NCBI RefSeq assembly: GCF_006345805.1
Contig: NC_043001.1
Span: 108,128,001 to 108,192,000 of the forward strand
Source: Octopus sinensis
Lineage: Eukaryota
Length of the DNA stretch: 64,000 nt
Direction: 5' to 3'
Part shown: piece by piece, positions 39,692 through 51,712 of the stretch
Layout of the letters: each line of letters begins with the position of its first letter
Numbering within the stretch: the first letter of the stretch is position 1
Translations under genes and position numbers: made by a program
The notes under the pieces: generated by a model
Database searches by the model: none
Seen by the model: the letters and a program-made list of their open reading frames with translations, nothing else
What the model was told of the DNA's origin: nothing

Positions 39692-39930
39692 GGTTAGACA
39701 GTTTGGCCGAAACCGGTAAGCCAGAGAGCTATACCAGGTTCCAGTCTGATTTTGGCTTGGTTTCCACAGCTGGGTGCCCTTCCTAATGTCAGCCACTTCA
39801 AGTGTAGTGCTGCCTTTTACGTGTCACTGGCACTGGCCATAACTACGATTGTTACCAAAAGCAGTCTATTTCAAAAACAAAAATGCAAAAGTGGAAAAAA
39901 ATTAAAAATTGTTTACTTTTTTTTTTTTAG

Positions 39931-40077
39931 GTGAACTTCTCTCCTGAAAAGTACAGTGAATTGTTTGACAAAAGCTCTCTTATTTATTTGTCTAGTGAAT
40001 CAGACAATGTCTTAGATGACCTTCAAGAAGACAAAGTCTATGTGATCGGAGGTCTTGTGGACCACAACCATTATAAG
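39931..40077 (+). CDS. TRMT10A: TRMT10A coding exon 5
   Basis: Poly-T acceptor; VNFSPEK...[33 protein letters not shown] (hallmark YL(T/S)S(D/E)S and IGGLVDHN motifs); donor AAG|GTAAGG. Confidence 0.97.
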
Positions 40078-40328
40078 GTAAGGGAACAGTACTTTCCATG
40101 ACATTGATCTATCTTGATTCTTGCCTCGGCTGATGGACAGGCATTTTTTCCCCCTTTTCTTATATCCCATAGTTTTCAGGCAAATGTAGTCTTCTCTAGC
40201 CTTAGTCTGATAAAAGCCTTGTGAATGAATTAGGCAGACAGAAACTGAAGGAAGACTATCATGTGTGTATATATGTATATACATATATTTGTGTGTGTGT
40301 GTATCAAGGATTAAAAAGAAAGAATATA

Positions 40329-40560
40329 TATTTCTTTATTGCCCACAAGGCGCTAAACATAGAGGGGACAAACAAGGACAGACAAAGGGATTAAGTTGAT
40401 TACATCAACCCCTGTGCAAAACTGGTACTTTGTTTATCGACCCCAAAAGGATGAAAGGCAAAGTCGACCTCAGGGGAATTTCAACTCAGAATGTAACGAC
40501 AGACGAAATACCGCTAATCATTTCGCCTGGCGTGCTAACGTGTCTGCCAGCTCGCCGCCT
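40329..40560 (-). mobile_element. SINE family B
   Basis: Full reverse-complement copy in TRMT10A intron 5. Confidence 0.85.
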
Positions 40561-40841
40561 TATTAAACAGAAAGACTATGAGGAGAAGAGTTTAGCTCAT
40601 CAGCAGGATTTGATAAGATAGTGTGTAAATGTAAACAATCAAACATTCTTACTATGTTGACTTGTATTCCAGAAAATATGGCATTTCATAGAAATATCCT
40701 CATTTTCACCAATGTTTCATTTTGCAGTCATTACTTGGGACAGGACTATAAAAGTTGGATGGAGTTTTTATTTACATTATAGTTTTTTGTTTTGTTTGTG
40801 TGTCTCAGTTAACTTTTTCACAATTTGTTATTTTGTTCCAG

Positions 40842-40947
40842 GGTCTTTGCCATCGTCTGGCAGTGGACGCCGACATCTCTCATGCCCAACTCCCCATATC
40901 ACAGTATTTAGAAATGAAGTCCAGGAAGGTGCTCACAGTGAACCACG
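40842..40947 (+). CDS. TRMT10A: TRMT10A coding exon 6
   Basis: ttccag|GLCHRLAVDADISHAQLPISQYLEMKSRKVLTVNH-G|GTACGT; A-x-LP and RKVL-x-VNH motifs; phase 1 end. Confidence 0.97.
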
Positions 40948-41226
40948 GTACGTCTAGCCCTACGTTAGTCCTTTACTGAACCCACTTTACATTCATCATC
41001 ATCGTCGTTTAACGTCCGCTTTCCACATGGTTCCTGGTTCAGTCACACTGCATGGCACCTTGGGCAAGTGTCTTCTATAGCCTTGGGCAGACCAAAGCCT
41101 TGTGAGTGGATTTGGTAGGCAGAAACCGAAAGAAGCCTGTCATATATATATATATGTGTGTGTGTGTGTATGTATGTATATATGTGTGTGTATGTATATA
41201 TGTATGTGTGTGTGTATGTATGTATA

Positions 41227-41596
41227 CTCTTTTACTCTTTTCAGTCATTTGACTGCAGCCATGCTGGAGCACCGCCTTTAATCGAGCAACTCGACCCCGG
41301 GACTTATTCTTTGTAAGCCCAGTACTTATTCTATCAGTCTCTCTTGCCGAACTGCTAAGTTACGGGGACATAAACACACCAGCATCAGTTGTCAAGCAAT
41401 GCTAGGGGGACAGACACACATATATATATATACGACAGGCTTCTTTCAGTCTCCGTCTGCCAAATCCACTCACAAGGCTTTGGTTGGCCTGAGACTATAG
41501 TAGAAGACACTTGCCCAAGGTGCCACGCAGTGGGACTGAACCCGGAACCATGTGGTTGGTAAGCAAGCGCCTTACCACACAGCCACTCCTACGCCT
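41227..41596 (-). mobile_element. SINE family A, nested antisense inside another family A copy
   Basis: Full reverse-complement copy between the 5' half (41023-41135) and 3' half (about 41918-42118) of a plus-strand copy. Confidence 0.85.
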
Positions 41597-42139
41597 GTGT
41601 GTGTGTGTGTGTGTATGTGTATGCATGTGTGCGTGCATGTGCGTATGTGTATGCATGTGTGTGTGTGTTTGTATGCATGTGTATATATGTGTGTGTGTAT
41701 GTATGTGCATGTATGTGTGCATGTCTGTATATGTATGTGTGTGTATATGTGCGTGTGTGTGCATGTGCGTGTGTGTGTATGTGTGCATGTGCGTGTGTGT
41801 GTATGTGTGCGTGTGCATGTCCGTATGTATGTGTGCGTATGTATGTATGTGTGTATATGTATATATGTGTGTATGTATGTATGTGTATGTATATATGTAC
41901 ATGTGTGTATATGTTTGTGTGTCTGTTTTTCCTCCCAACATCACTTGACAACTGATGCTAGTGTCTTTACGTCCCCCATAACTTAGCGGTTCAGCAAGAG
42001 GGCCTGATAGGATAAGTACTAGGCTTCCAAGGAATAACTCCTGGGGTCAATTTACTCGACTAAAAGCAGTGCTCCAGCATGGCTACAGTCAAATGACTGA
42101 AACGAGTAAAAGAGTAAAGATTAAAGAGTAACATCTTTT

Positions 42140-42275
42140 GTGACCCATTAATAAAAGGTCCCTTTCTAGAAAGGATCTTCCATTTGATGTTGTAGTTGAT
42201 TCTATCTTTACAGATTAATGGCAAGTGTTCAAAACTATGCCTTTTCACATTCAATATAAGAATAATTCCATTCAA
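42140..42275 (-). mobile_element. Penelope-like GIY-YIG C-terminal relic
   Basis: KDRINYNIKWKILSRKGPFING resembles the Penelope endonuclease tail; short and degenerate. Confidence 0.45.
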
Positions 42276-43309
42276 AATGAGAATGAAAAATACTGTTTTG
42301 CTTTAATTATTTATCACAAATAATAAACAGATTTTTGTGTTATCTCATTTTATTCACTATGTAATATGATTTATGGAAATAAATAATATATAAACTTAGT
42401 GAATACATTGATAATGAATGGAACGATAAACACAAAAATCTGTTTATTTTTTGTGGTACATAAATAAAGCAGAAAATACTGTATTTCTTATTCTCATTCT
42501 TAATAGAATTATTCCATTTTCGATGGAACTATCCATATTGAATGTAAAATGGTGCAGTGCTTCATTGGTTTGGGAACAGAATACTAAATTGTATATTCAG
42601 GACCGACTGACTGGCCCCCGTGCCAGTGGCACGTAAAAAGCACCATCTGAACATGGCCGATGCCAGTACCTGACTGGCTCCTGTACCAGTGGCATGTAAA
42701 AAGCACTATCCGAACGTGATCAATGCCAGGCCTGCCTGACTGGCTTCTGTGCCAGTGGCACAAAGAGCACCCACTACTCTCTCTGGGTGGTTGGTGTTAG
42801 GAAGGACATCCAGCTGTAGAAACACTGCCAGATCAGGCTGGCTCTCCAGACCTCAGTCAAACCGTCCAACCCATGCTAGCATGGGAAGCAGACATTAAAC
42901 GATGATGGTGATGACACAAGCTGTTTGGAACAAAGTGCCAAGCTTTATTTCAGGAGATCCCTAGAGTATAGAACTTTATTCAAGAGGTTTTCCTCTTTCA
43001 TTACTTAAACACATTGAAATAAGGAAATTGAACAACACTAAGCATTTATATAATTTGTGAAAGCTAAACTATTATAATCTTTATCATCATCATCATTATC
43101 ATTCAACGTCTGTTTTCCATGCTGGCATGGGTTGGACAGTTTGACAAGAGCTGGAATGGCCAAGCAGGAGCCACACCAAGTTCCAGTGTCCGTTTTGGCA
43201 TTGTTTCTAGGAAGGGCATCCAGCTGTTAAAACCATCTCCAGACTTTACCAGTTCCTGTCAAACTGTCCAACCCATGCCAGCATGGAAAATAGAAGCTAA
43301 ATGATGATA

Positions 43310-43678
43310 CTCTTTTACTTGTTTCAGTCATTTGACTGTGGCCATGCTGGAGCACCGCCTTTAGTCGAGCAAATCGACCCCAGGACTTATTCTTTGTAAG
43401 CCTAGTACTTATTCTATCGGTTTCTTCTTGCTGAACCACTAAGTTACGGGGACATAAACACACCAGCATCGGTTGTCAAGCGATGTTGGGAGGACAAACA
43501 CAGACACACATACATATATACGACGGGCTTCTTTCCATCTACCAAATCCACTCACAAGGACTTGGTCGGCCCGAGGCTATAGTAGAAGACACTTGCCCAA
43601 GGTGCCATGCAGTGGGACTGAACCCAGAGCCATGTGGTTTGTAAGCAATCTACTTACCACAGAGCCACTCCTACACCT
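43310..43678 (-). mobile_element. SINE family A
   Basis: Full reverse-complement copy ending about 65 nt before the exon 7 acceptor. Confidence 0.85.
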
Positions 43679-43745
43679 GATGATGTTAATAACTTGTGCA
43701 CCTTCTATATTATTAGATTAACAGATTTTTTTTTTTTTTTTACAG

Positions 43746-43963
43746 TATTTGAGATTCTTCTGCAATATACCAAGACTAAAGATTGGAGCAAATCTCTGTT
43801 CCAAGTAATTCCTGGAAGAAAGGGCGTCAAGTGTTTGACCAATGAAAGTTCCAGGGACGAAACGGAAGCTGACGCTAACATGAAAGCAGATTGTGATAAA
43901 ACAGATAAAACGCCTGATTCTGAATCAGCCAAAGATGAAGAACCAACTCAGATGAAAAGTTAA
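43746..43963 (+). CDS. TRMT10A: TRMT10A coding exon 7 (terminal)
   Basis: Poly-T tacag|; (V)FEILLQYTKTKDWSKSLFQVIPGRKG then an acidic tail to TAA. Joined CDS is 954 nt = 317 aa + stop. Confidence 0.95.
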
Positions 43964-44084
43964 TCTAGAAGAAAATAAAAAATACTTTTCTGTATAAAAA
44001 AAAAATATTTTTATGCCTATTTTTGCTTGTTCTTATTTTAAAGGAATTTGTGCATTTATGTAAAATCTACAGACATTTATTTTA

Positions 44085-44095
44085 TGTACAATAAA
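44085..44095 (+). terminator. Probable TRMT10A polyadenylation signal
   Basis: TGTA immediately followed by AATAAA (44090-44095), about 130 nt after the stop; another AATAAA lies at 43974-43979. Confidence 0.55.
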
Positions 44096-44214
44096 CTGTC
44101 CATCAAAACTCCATAGTATTGTCCATTGGTAAGAAATTCCGTTTATGCCAGAGAGAAGATCAATCTAATAGGATTAGCATCCAAATCTTTCTCAAGATTC
44201 CGTTACCAAAATTA

Positions 44215-44688
44215 CAAGGTGGCCCAAAAGTAGGTTTACAGTTATCACAAAGGCACCTTAAATTTCTTTTAAAACATTCCGTTATATTTAAATTTCTATC
44301 TTACAATTAACTAAATTAGCATGTGTCATATCATTACCAGTGCCGGCTGACTGGTCCTGTGTCGGTGGCACATAAAAAGCACCATTCGAGCTTGGTCGTT
44401 GCCAGTACAGCTTGACTGGCCCTTGTGCCAGTGGAATGTAAAAAGCACCCACTACACTCTCGGAGTGGTTGGCACTAGGAAGGGCATCCAGTTGTAGAAA
44501 CTTTGCCAGATTGGATTGGAGCCTGGTGCAGCCATCTGGCTCACCAGTCCCCTGTCAAACCGTCCAACCCATGCCAGCATAGAAAACAGATGTTAAATGA
44601 TATTTTTTTCATAATTAAGATCTAAAATGTTAATGTATGAATGTGAAAGAGAGAGTTGAATAACTAAACCTACTTTTGGGCCACCCTG
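44215..44688. mobile_element. Tc1/mariner-type MITE with a nested RTE tail
   Basis: TIR CA(A/G)GGTGGCCCAAAAGTAGGTTTA, TA on both flanks; an RTE tail is inserted at about 44335-44598. Confidence 0.75.
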
Positions 44689-44838
44689 TATATATAGGCA
44701 AGGCTGTATGATAAGTTCCTGACCACATGGGTTCTGTCCCATTGCATGGCATTTTGGGCAAGTGTCTTCTATAATCTCAGGTTGACCAAATACTTGTGGT
44801 TTTAGTAGACAAAAACTGAAAGAAGGCCATCCTGTGTG

Positions 44839-45073
44839 TATTGGTACATAATTATTGCAGTTTTTTTTCAACAAATTTTATTCAACAATAATATTTAATA
44901 TAAACATCTTTAAATGACAGTCTGACTGTCTGCCAAGCAAATGGGAAGCAGTAATTGAAGTAGATGGTGAATATGCTCCAAAATAATAATTTAAAGATGC
45001 TTTTGTTAAATATTTATTTTGTTGAATAAAATTTGTTGAAAAGTAGCCACAATAATTATGCACCAACCCAATA
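44839..45073. mobile_element. Mariner-derived MITE, copy 1
   Basis: TIR ending ATAATTATGCACCAACCCAATA (left TIR eroded); interior encodes LPSKWEAVIEVDGEYAPK*. Confidence 0.8.
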
Positions 45074-45084
45074 TATAAAATTAA

Positions 45085-45658
45085 GGCAATAAGCTGGCAG
45101 AAACGTTAGCACGCCGGGCAAAATGCTTAGTGGTATTTCATCTGCCGTTTTGACTTCAAATTCCGCCGAGGTCGACCATGCCTTTCATCCTTTCGGGGTC
45201 GATTAAATAAGTACCAGTTACACACTGGGATCGATATAATCGACTTAATCCGTTTGTCCTTTCTGTGTTTGGCCCCTTGCGGGAAGTAAAGAAATAGGTA
45301 TTTCATCTGCCGTTACGTTCTGAGTTCAAATTCCGCCGACGTTGACATCCTTTCGGGGTCGATTAAATAAGTACCAGTTATGCACTGGGGTCGATGTCAT
45401 CGACTTAATCCCTTTGTTTGTCCCCTCTATGTTTAGCACCTTGTGAGCAATAAAGAAATAAACATTAGCACACCAAGTGAAATGCTTAACAGTATTTCAC
45501 TTGCCATTACGTTCTGAGTTGAAATTCCACTCAGATTGACTTTGCCTTTCATCTTTTGATGTCAATGAAATAAGTACCAGTTGCGTACTGGGTTGATCTA
45601 ATTGACTGCCCCCTACCTCCCCCAAAATTTTGGGCCTTGTGCCTACAGTAGAAAAGAT
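45085..45658 (+). mobile_element. SINE family B tandem multimer
   Basis: Three successive units sharing GTTCTGAGTT(C/G)AAATTCC or a shortened form of it. Confidence 0.8.
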
Positions 45659-45673
45659 TATTATATATATATA

Positions 45674-45870
45674 TATTGGGTTAGTGCATAATTATTGCAG
45701 CTTTTTTCAACAATAAGAATATTTAACAAAAACATCTTTAAATGACGGTCTGATAGTCTGCCAAGCAAATGGGAAGCAGTAATTGAAGTTGATGGTGAAT
45801 ATGCTCCAGAATAATCATTTAAAGATGTTTTTGTTGAAAAAATGCCGCAATAATTATGCACCAACCCAAT
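45674..45870. mobile_element. Mariner-derived MITE, copy 2
   Basis: TATTGGGTTAGTGCATAATTATTGC...GCAATAATTATGCACCAACCCAAT; same transposase C-terminal relic as copy 1. Confidence 0.8.
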
Positions 45871-46257
45871 GTTATAATCATCATCACTGCTTGACTGATA
45901 GACTAAGTACCAAGCTGAGAATAAAAAGAAGTAACTGGGGCTTAATCCATTCGAGTACAAGTCCAAGGTGGTTCCCCAGCAGATAAAAGATAGACATTAA
46001 ATTTATATTATAGTTCCTATATGCACTTCACCATTATGGATATTTGGTTTGCAATGGATGCTCAAGCATAACAAATCCTCAGAGAACACTTTATTATATA
46101 TTTCCTGGGGAACCATTGTGGTTGAACAGTTATCACAAGGTTCCAAACCACCATAAGGGAGAAAGTGCATTTTGGAGCTATTATGTTTTTCCTTCTTACT
46201 CCTACATTCGCTCTACAGTTCATAACTAGTTATTATTCAATATGGAATTTACTTAAC

Positions 46258-47003
46258 AAGCACCATTCAAGCATGGTGGATGCCAGTGCTGCGTGACAGG
46301 TCCTGTGCTGGTAGCACATAAAAAGTACCATTCGAGCATGGTTGTTGCCAACACTGCCTGACCAGCTCCCATGCTGGTAGCACATAAAAAGCACCACTCA
46401 AGTGCGGTCTTTACCAGTGCTGCCTAACCGGCTCTCGTGATGGTAGCATGTAAAAAGCAGCATTCAAGCATGGTAGCTGCCAGTGCTGGTAGCACATAAA
46501 AAGCACCATTTCAGCATGGTCATTGCCAGTGCTGCTTGACCAGTTCCCGTGCTGGTAGCCAAAAAAAAAGCACCATTTGAGCATGGTCATTGCCAGTGCT
46601 GCTTGACCGGTTCCTGTGCTGGTAGCAATAATAAAGCACCATTCGAGCGTGGTCATTGCCAGTGTTGCTTGACCGGGTCTCATGCGAGAGGCACATAAAA
46701 AGCACCATTCGAACATGGTCATTGCCAGTGCTCCTTGACTGGCTCCCGTGCCAGTGGCACATGAAAAGCACCATTCAAGCGTGGTTGATGCCAGTACCAC
46801 CTGGCTGGCCCTTGTGCCGGTGGCACATAAAAGCACCCACTACACTCTCAGAGTGGTTAGCATTAGGAAGGGCATCCAGCTGTAGAAACCTTGCCATATC
46901 AGAATGGAGCCTGGTACAGCCTTCTGGCTTGCTAATCCTCAGTCAAACTGTCCAATCCATGCCAGCATGGAAAACGGACATTAAGCAACGATGGTGATGA
47001 TGA
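46258..47003 (+). repeat. RTE 3'-tail element with about nine tandem units
   Basis: Repeated AAAAGCACCATT...TGCCAGTGC...GTGCTGGTAGCAC units, then the shared tail. Confidence 0.85.
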
Positions 47004-47272
47004 TTGACAATAACAGGAAGCAGACTGGATTATGTTAATCTATGGGGAGTTTTAAACATAACCTAATTTCTACTTCATATGTACAGACATGATGACTCAA
47101 GAAGCAATGGGCTCAGGTTGTCAACCCATCGTACATATCTATGTCTCTGTATTTGTCCCCCACCTTCACTGCTTGGTCACTGGTGTTGGTGCGTTTATGT
47201 CGCCATAACTTAGCAATACAGCAAAAGAGACCAATAGAATAACTACTAAGCTTTAAAAAACAAAGTCCTGAT

Positions 47273-47680
47273 GCGCAGGAGTGGCTGTATGGTAAGTAGC
47301 TTGTTTACCAACCACATGGTTCCGGGTTCAGTCACACTGTGTGGCACCTTGGGCAAGTGTCTTCTACTATAGCCTGGGGCCGACCAAAGCCTTGTGAGTG
47401 GATTTGGTAGACGGAAACTAAAAGAAGCCCGCCGTATTTATATATATATATATATGTATATATATATGTGTGTGTGTGTCTGTGTTTGTCCCCCAACATC
47501 ACTTGACAACTGATGCTGCTTGTTCACATCCCCATAACTTAGTGGTTTGGCAAAAGAGACTGATAGAATAAGTACTAGACTTACAAAGAATAAGTTCTGA
47601 GGTCGATTTCTTTGACTAAAGGTGGTGCTCCAGTATGGCCGCAGTCAAATTGACTGAAACAAGTAAAAGAGCAAAAAGAG
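47273..47680 (+). mobile_element. SINE family A
   Basis: Full-length copy. Confidence 0.85.
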
Positions 47681-48289
47681 AGAGAGAGAGATCAGTTTGT
47701 TCAACGACAATCCAGCATGGCCACAGTCAAATAACAAACAAACAAAAGAATAAAACAGGCCCAAAATATGCAGAGAAAGCGCAAGATTAGGACCTTGGAA
47801 CAATGGTGAAGCAAACCATTCTGAAGTTGGTTGCTTGAGTTCAAAGAAAGACTGTCCTGCAATCTCTTGCTCACCCTTTTCATTAAATGGATGTTGCCTC
47901 TGCAGTTGCACAGTGTGTTGTATGTCCAGTGTTGGAGTGGTCACACAGGAATGTGAAAGGAAGTATTTTGTTCAACAACACAACACTGTCTAGTCTGAGA
48001 ATTGAACCAACGATCTCGCAGTCAGGAGTGCAACATCCTAAACACTAGGCCACGTATTCTCACACTTGCCACTACATAAAAAAACAAAACAAAAAACAGT
48101 AAAATACACTTACCTAATTTGATATAACTGATCGTGGTCAATGCCAGGACCGCCTGACTGGCCTTCGTGCTGGGGGCATGTAAAAAGCACCCACTAGGAA
48201 GGGCATCCAGCTGTAGAAAACTTGCTAGAACAGATTGGAGCCTGATGATGTCTCCTGGCTTGCTACTTCTCAGTCAAACCTATTTCTTT

Positions 48290-48510
48290 ATTACCCACAA
48301 GGGGCTAAACACAGAGGGGACAAACAAGGACAGACATAGGTATTAAGTCGATTACATCGACTCCAGTGCGTAACTGGTACTTAATTTATCGACTCCGAAA
48401 GGATGAAAGGCAAAGTCGACCTCGGCGGAATTTGAACTCACAACGTAATGCAGACGAAATACCGCTAGGCATTTCGCCCGGCGTGCTAACGATTCTGCCA
48501 GCTTGCCGCG
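48290..48510 (-). mobile_element. SINE family B inserted into an RTE tail
   Basis: 10-bp TSD TCAGTCAAAC at 48280-48289 and 48511-48520. Confidence 0.85.
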
Positions 48511-48577
48511 TCAGTCAAACTGCCCAACCAATGTCAGCATGGAAAGCAGATGTTAAACGATGATGATGACATGACTA

Positions 48578-48963
48578 GGCACAGGAGTGGCTGTGTGGTA
48601 AGTAGCTTGCTTACCAACCACATGGTTCCTGGTTAAGTCCTACTGCTTGGCATCTTGGGCAAGTGTCTTCTACTATAGCCTCGGGCCAACCAAAGCCTTG
48701 TGAGTGGATTTGGTAGATGGAAATTGAAAGAAGCCTGTCGTATATATATACATGTATGTGTGTTTGTGTGTCTGTACTTGTCTTCCCGGCATCGCTTGAC
48801 AACCGATGCTGGTGAGTTTACGTCCCCGTAGCTTAGCGGTTCAGCAAATGAGACCGATAGAATAAGTACTAGGCTTTCAAAGAATAAGTTCTGGGGGTCA
48901 ATTTGCTTGACTAAAGGCGGTGCTCCAGTATGGCCGCATCAAATGACTGAAACAAGTAAAAGA
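48578..48963 (+). mobile_element. SINE family A
   Basis: Full-length copy. Confidence 0.85.
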
Positions 48964-49157
48964 AAGCCTTCCATCACTAACCATCTATTATGGAAGGCCC
49001 TAGATTTTCAGAAACTCTATTCTACCATCACAAGCAATGACACACATTTCTGGGAAACCCATTGTCTATGATAAGGACAAAGGAACAGCTATTGTTAATC
49101 TGATGATATCCACTTATTCGTACATATCTACTGGCCATAATAAAAACTGAGCAGTCC

Positions 49158-49191
<34 letters not shown>

Positions 49192-50259
49192 TTAAATACA
49201 TATAAGAGGGAATTTACCACTATGTGGAAACCCTTATGCTAGAAGAAGATCCACTATGGTCTTACCACTAAGAATTGTTCTCTAGAAAACTTAGCAAACA
49301 CCAGAAATGTAAGCAAGCAAGACAAATGAAAAGTAACAAAAATATACATACATATATATATATATATACTTTTCTAGTGTTGGGCCTCATGTAGGCAATG
49401 ACAATTGACCGAGACCTTTGGCATTATGTCATGCTAGGGAAGAAGACCCATCAAGCCAAGTGAAATCATAGCCATGGTAGATACTGGTGTCACACAAATG
49501 GCACATAAAAACACTCACTACAATCTTGGAGTGGTTGGCATTAGGAAGGGCATCCAGCCATAGAAAACTATGCCAAATCAGGCTGGAATCAGGTGCAGCC
49601 TTTCTGCTTACCAGCCCTGGTCAAACCATCCAACCCATGCCAGCATGGACAACGAATGTTAAACGATGATGATTAATCTGATAGGTTACTCTATACTAAA
49701 ACTACCAACCCATCCTATACCTGCCTACCTAAAAGGATACACCTAAATATTCACACCTACTTGCATAGTTCTACATACATGAATAAATTCTAAACAATAG
49801 CATGACTTGTAATTTAATCAATAAAAATTTCTCCAAAACACCCCTCCATAACAATCCACCCTACAATCTAATTACCACTCCACTGAGCCCAAGAGTGATT
49901 TTAAATCAACAGAGAGAATATAAAGCCAAGATTAACTTCAATGCATTACAGGCCAATAATGACTTAACAGGCTGAAATTTCAAAGTGTCTGTTTAAGAAT
50001 TCTTGTTTAAGAATAATAAATATATAATGATTTCACTTAGGCATTGTTAGAATTCAAAACATTTAAGCTTGAAAATACAGCATTAGGAGAATACATAGCA
50101 TAATATCAATGAATAAATGACAAACGACCAGGAGTTGCGTAATGACCTCCATTAGCTTACAAATGTTTCTGCTGCAAGTAGCCAAGCACTCTTATTTAAA
50201 TGCTTTCCAAAATAAATATATAATTTCTCTGTTATTGCCTGGAAGACTATGATGACTAA

Positions 50260-51712
50260 GAGTCCTCAGCTCCCTACTTATCATAGTCCTCCAGGCAATA
50301 ACAGGAATTCAAGAAGGGTGCCCCTGGGAGCACCTCTATGCTGATGACCTTGCTCTAACAGCTGAGTCACTACCAGAGCTAGAGAAGAAGTTTTAGGTGT
50401 GGAAGCAAGGTCTACACTCAAAGAGCCTTAGAGTCAATCTAGCAAAAATCAAAGTCTTAGTAAGTAGGAAGGCAGACAAATCACAAATCCCTTCAGGTAG
50501 ATGGCCCTGCTCAATCTGTAGTAAAGGTGTAGGTAGAAACTCCATAAGATGTACCCAGTGTAAGATATAGACACATAAGAGGTGCAGCAATATCAAAGGA
50601 AGGTTGACTGGGAAGATAGTTTTTGTGTGTGACAGATGCGCAGGGGCAATAAACACCAAAGATGTACAGAAAACAGATTCCATCACATGCTAGGGAGAAA
50701 AACTAGAAGTAGTTGATAGCTTCCGTTACCTAGGTGACCAAGTCAGTAGTGGGGTGGATGCTCTAAGAGCATAGCTGCTAGAATAAGAATAGCCTGGATA
50801 AAGTTCAGAGAACTGCTACCTCTGCTGGTAATAAAGGGCCTCTCACTCAGAGTGAAAGGTAGACTGTCTGATGCATGTATGCAAACAGCTATGCTACATG
50901 GCAGTAAAACATGGGCTGTGACTGCTGAAGACGTGGGTAAACTTGAAAGTAATGAAGTTAGTATGCCCCGCTGGATGTGTAATGTCAGTTTGCATACACA
51001 ACAGAGTATAAGCACCCTGAAAGAAAAGTTGGACATAAGAAGCATCAGATGTAGTGAGCAAGAGAGACAACTGTGCTAGTATGGTCATGTGTTACGTATG
51101 AATGAAGACAGCTGCATAAAGAAGCACCACACCCTAACAGTGCAGGGAACCAGCGAAAGAGGTAGGCCCAGGATGAGGTGGGAAGCACGATCTTCAAACA
51201 TTGGGCCTCTCAAAGGCAATGACAAATGACTGAGACCTTTGGAGATATGCTGTGCTTGAGAAGACTCAGCAAGCCAAGTGAGGCCGTAGCCTAGGCCAGT
51301 GTCACATAACCGGCCAATTTAAGAGTAGTCTTCAATCATCGAGCAATATACTGTTGAGTTGAGAGAAATCGTCGTAGCCATTGCCAGTACTGCCTGACTG
51401 GCGTCTGTGCCAGTGGCACACAAAAAGCACAATTCACGTGTGGTTGATGCCAGTGCTGCCTAACTGGCCCCCATGCCGGCGGCACATAAAAAGCACCATT
51501 TGAACATGATCAATGCTAGTACCGCCTAACTGGCTCCCATGCTAGTGGAATGTAAAAAATCACCCACTACACTCTCAGAGTGGTTGGCATTAGGAAGGGC
51601 ATCAGCCATAGAAAACCATGCCAAATCAGACCAGATCCTGACGAAGCCTTCCAGCATGCCAGTCCAGTCAAACCATCCAACCCATGGACAACGGACATTA
51701 AATGATGATGAT
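50260..51712 (+). mobile_element. RTE-clade LINE, 5'-truncated, with PHD-type finger, tandem-repeat 3' UTR and (GAT)n tail
   Basis: LYADDL at 50334-50351, SFRYLGD, TWAVTAED..KLESNE..MPRWMC, RGRPR; in-frame stops; ends ACGGACATTAAATGATGATGAT. Confidence 0.9.
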
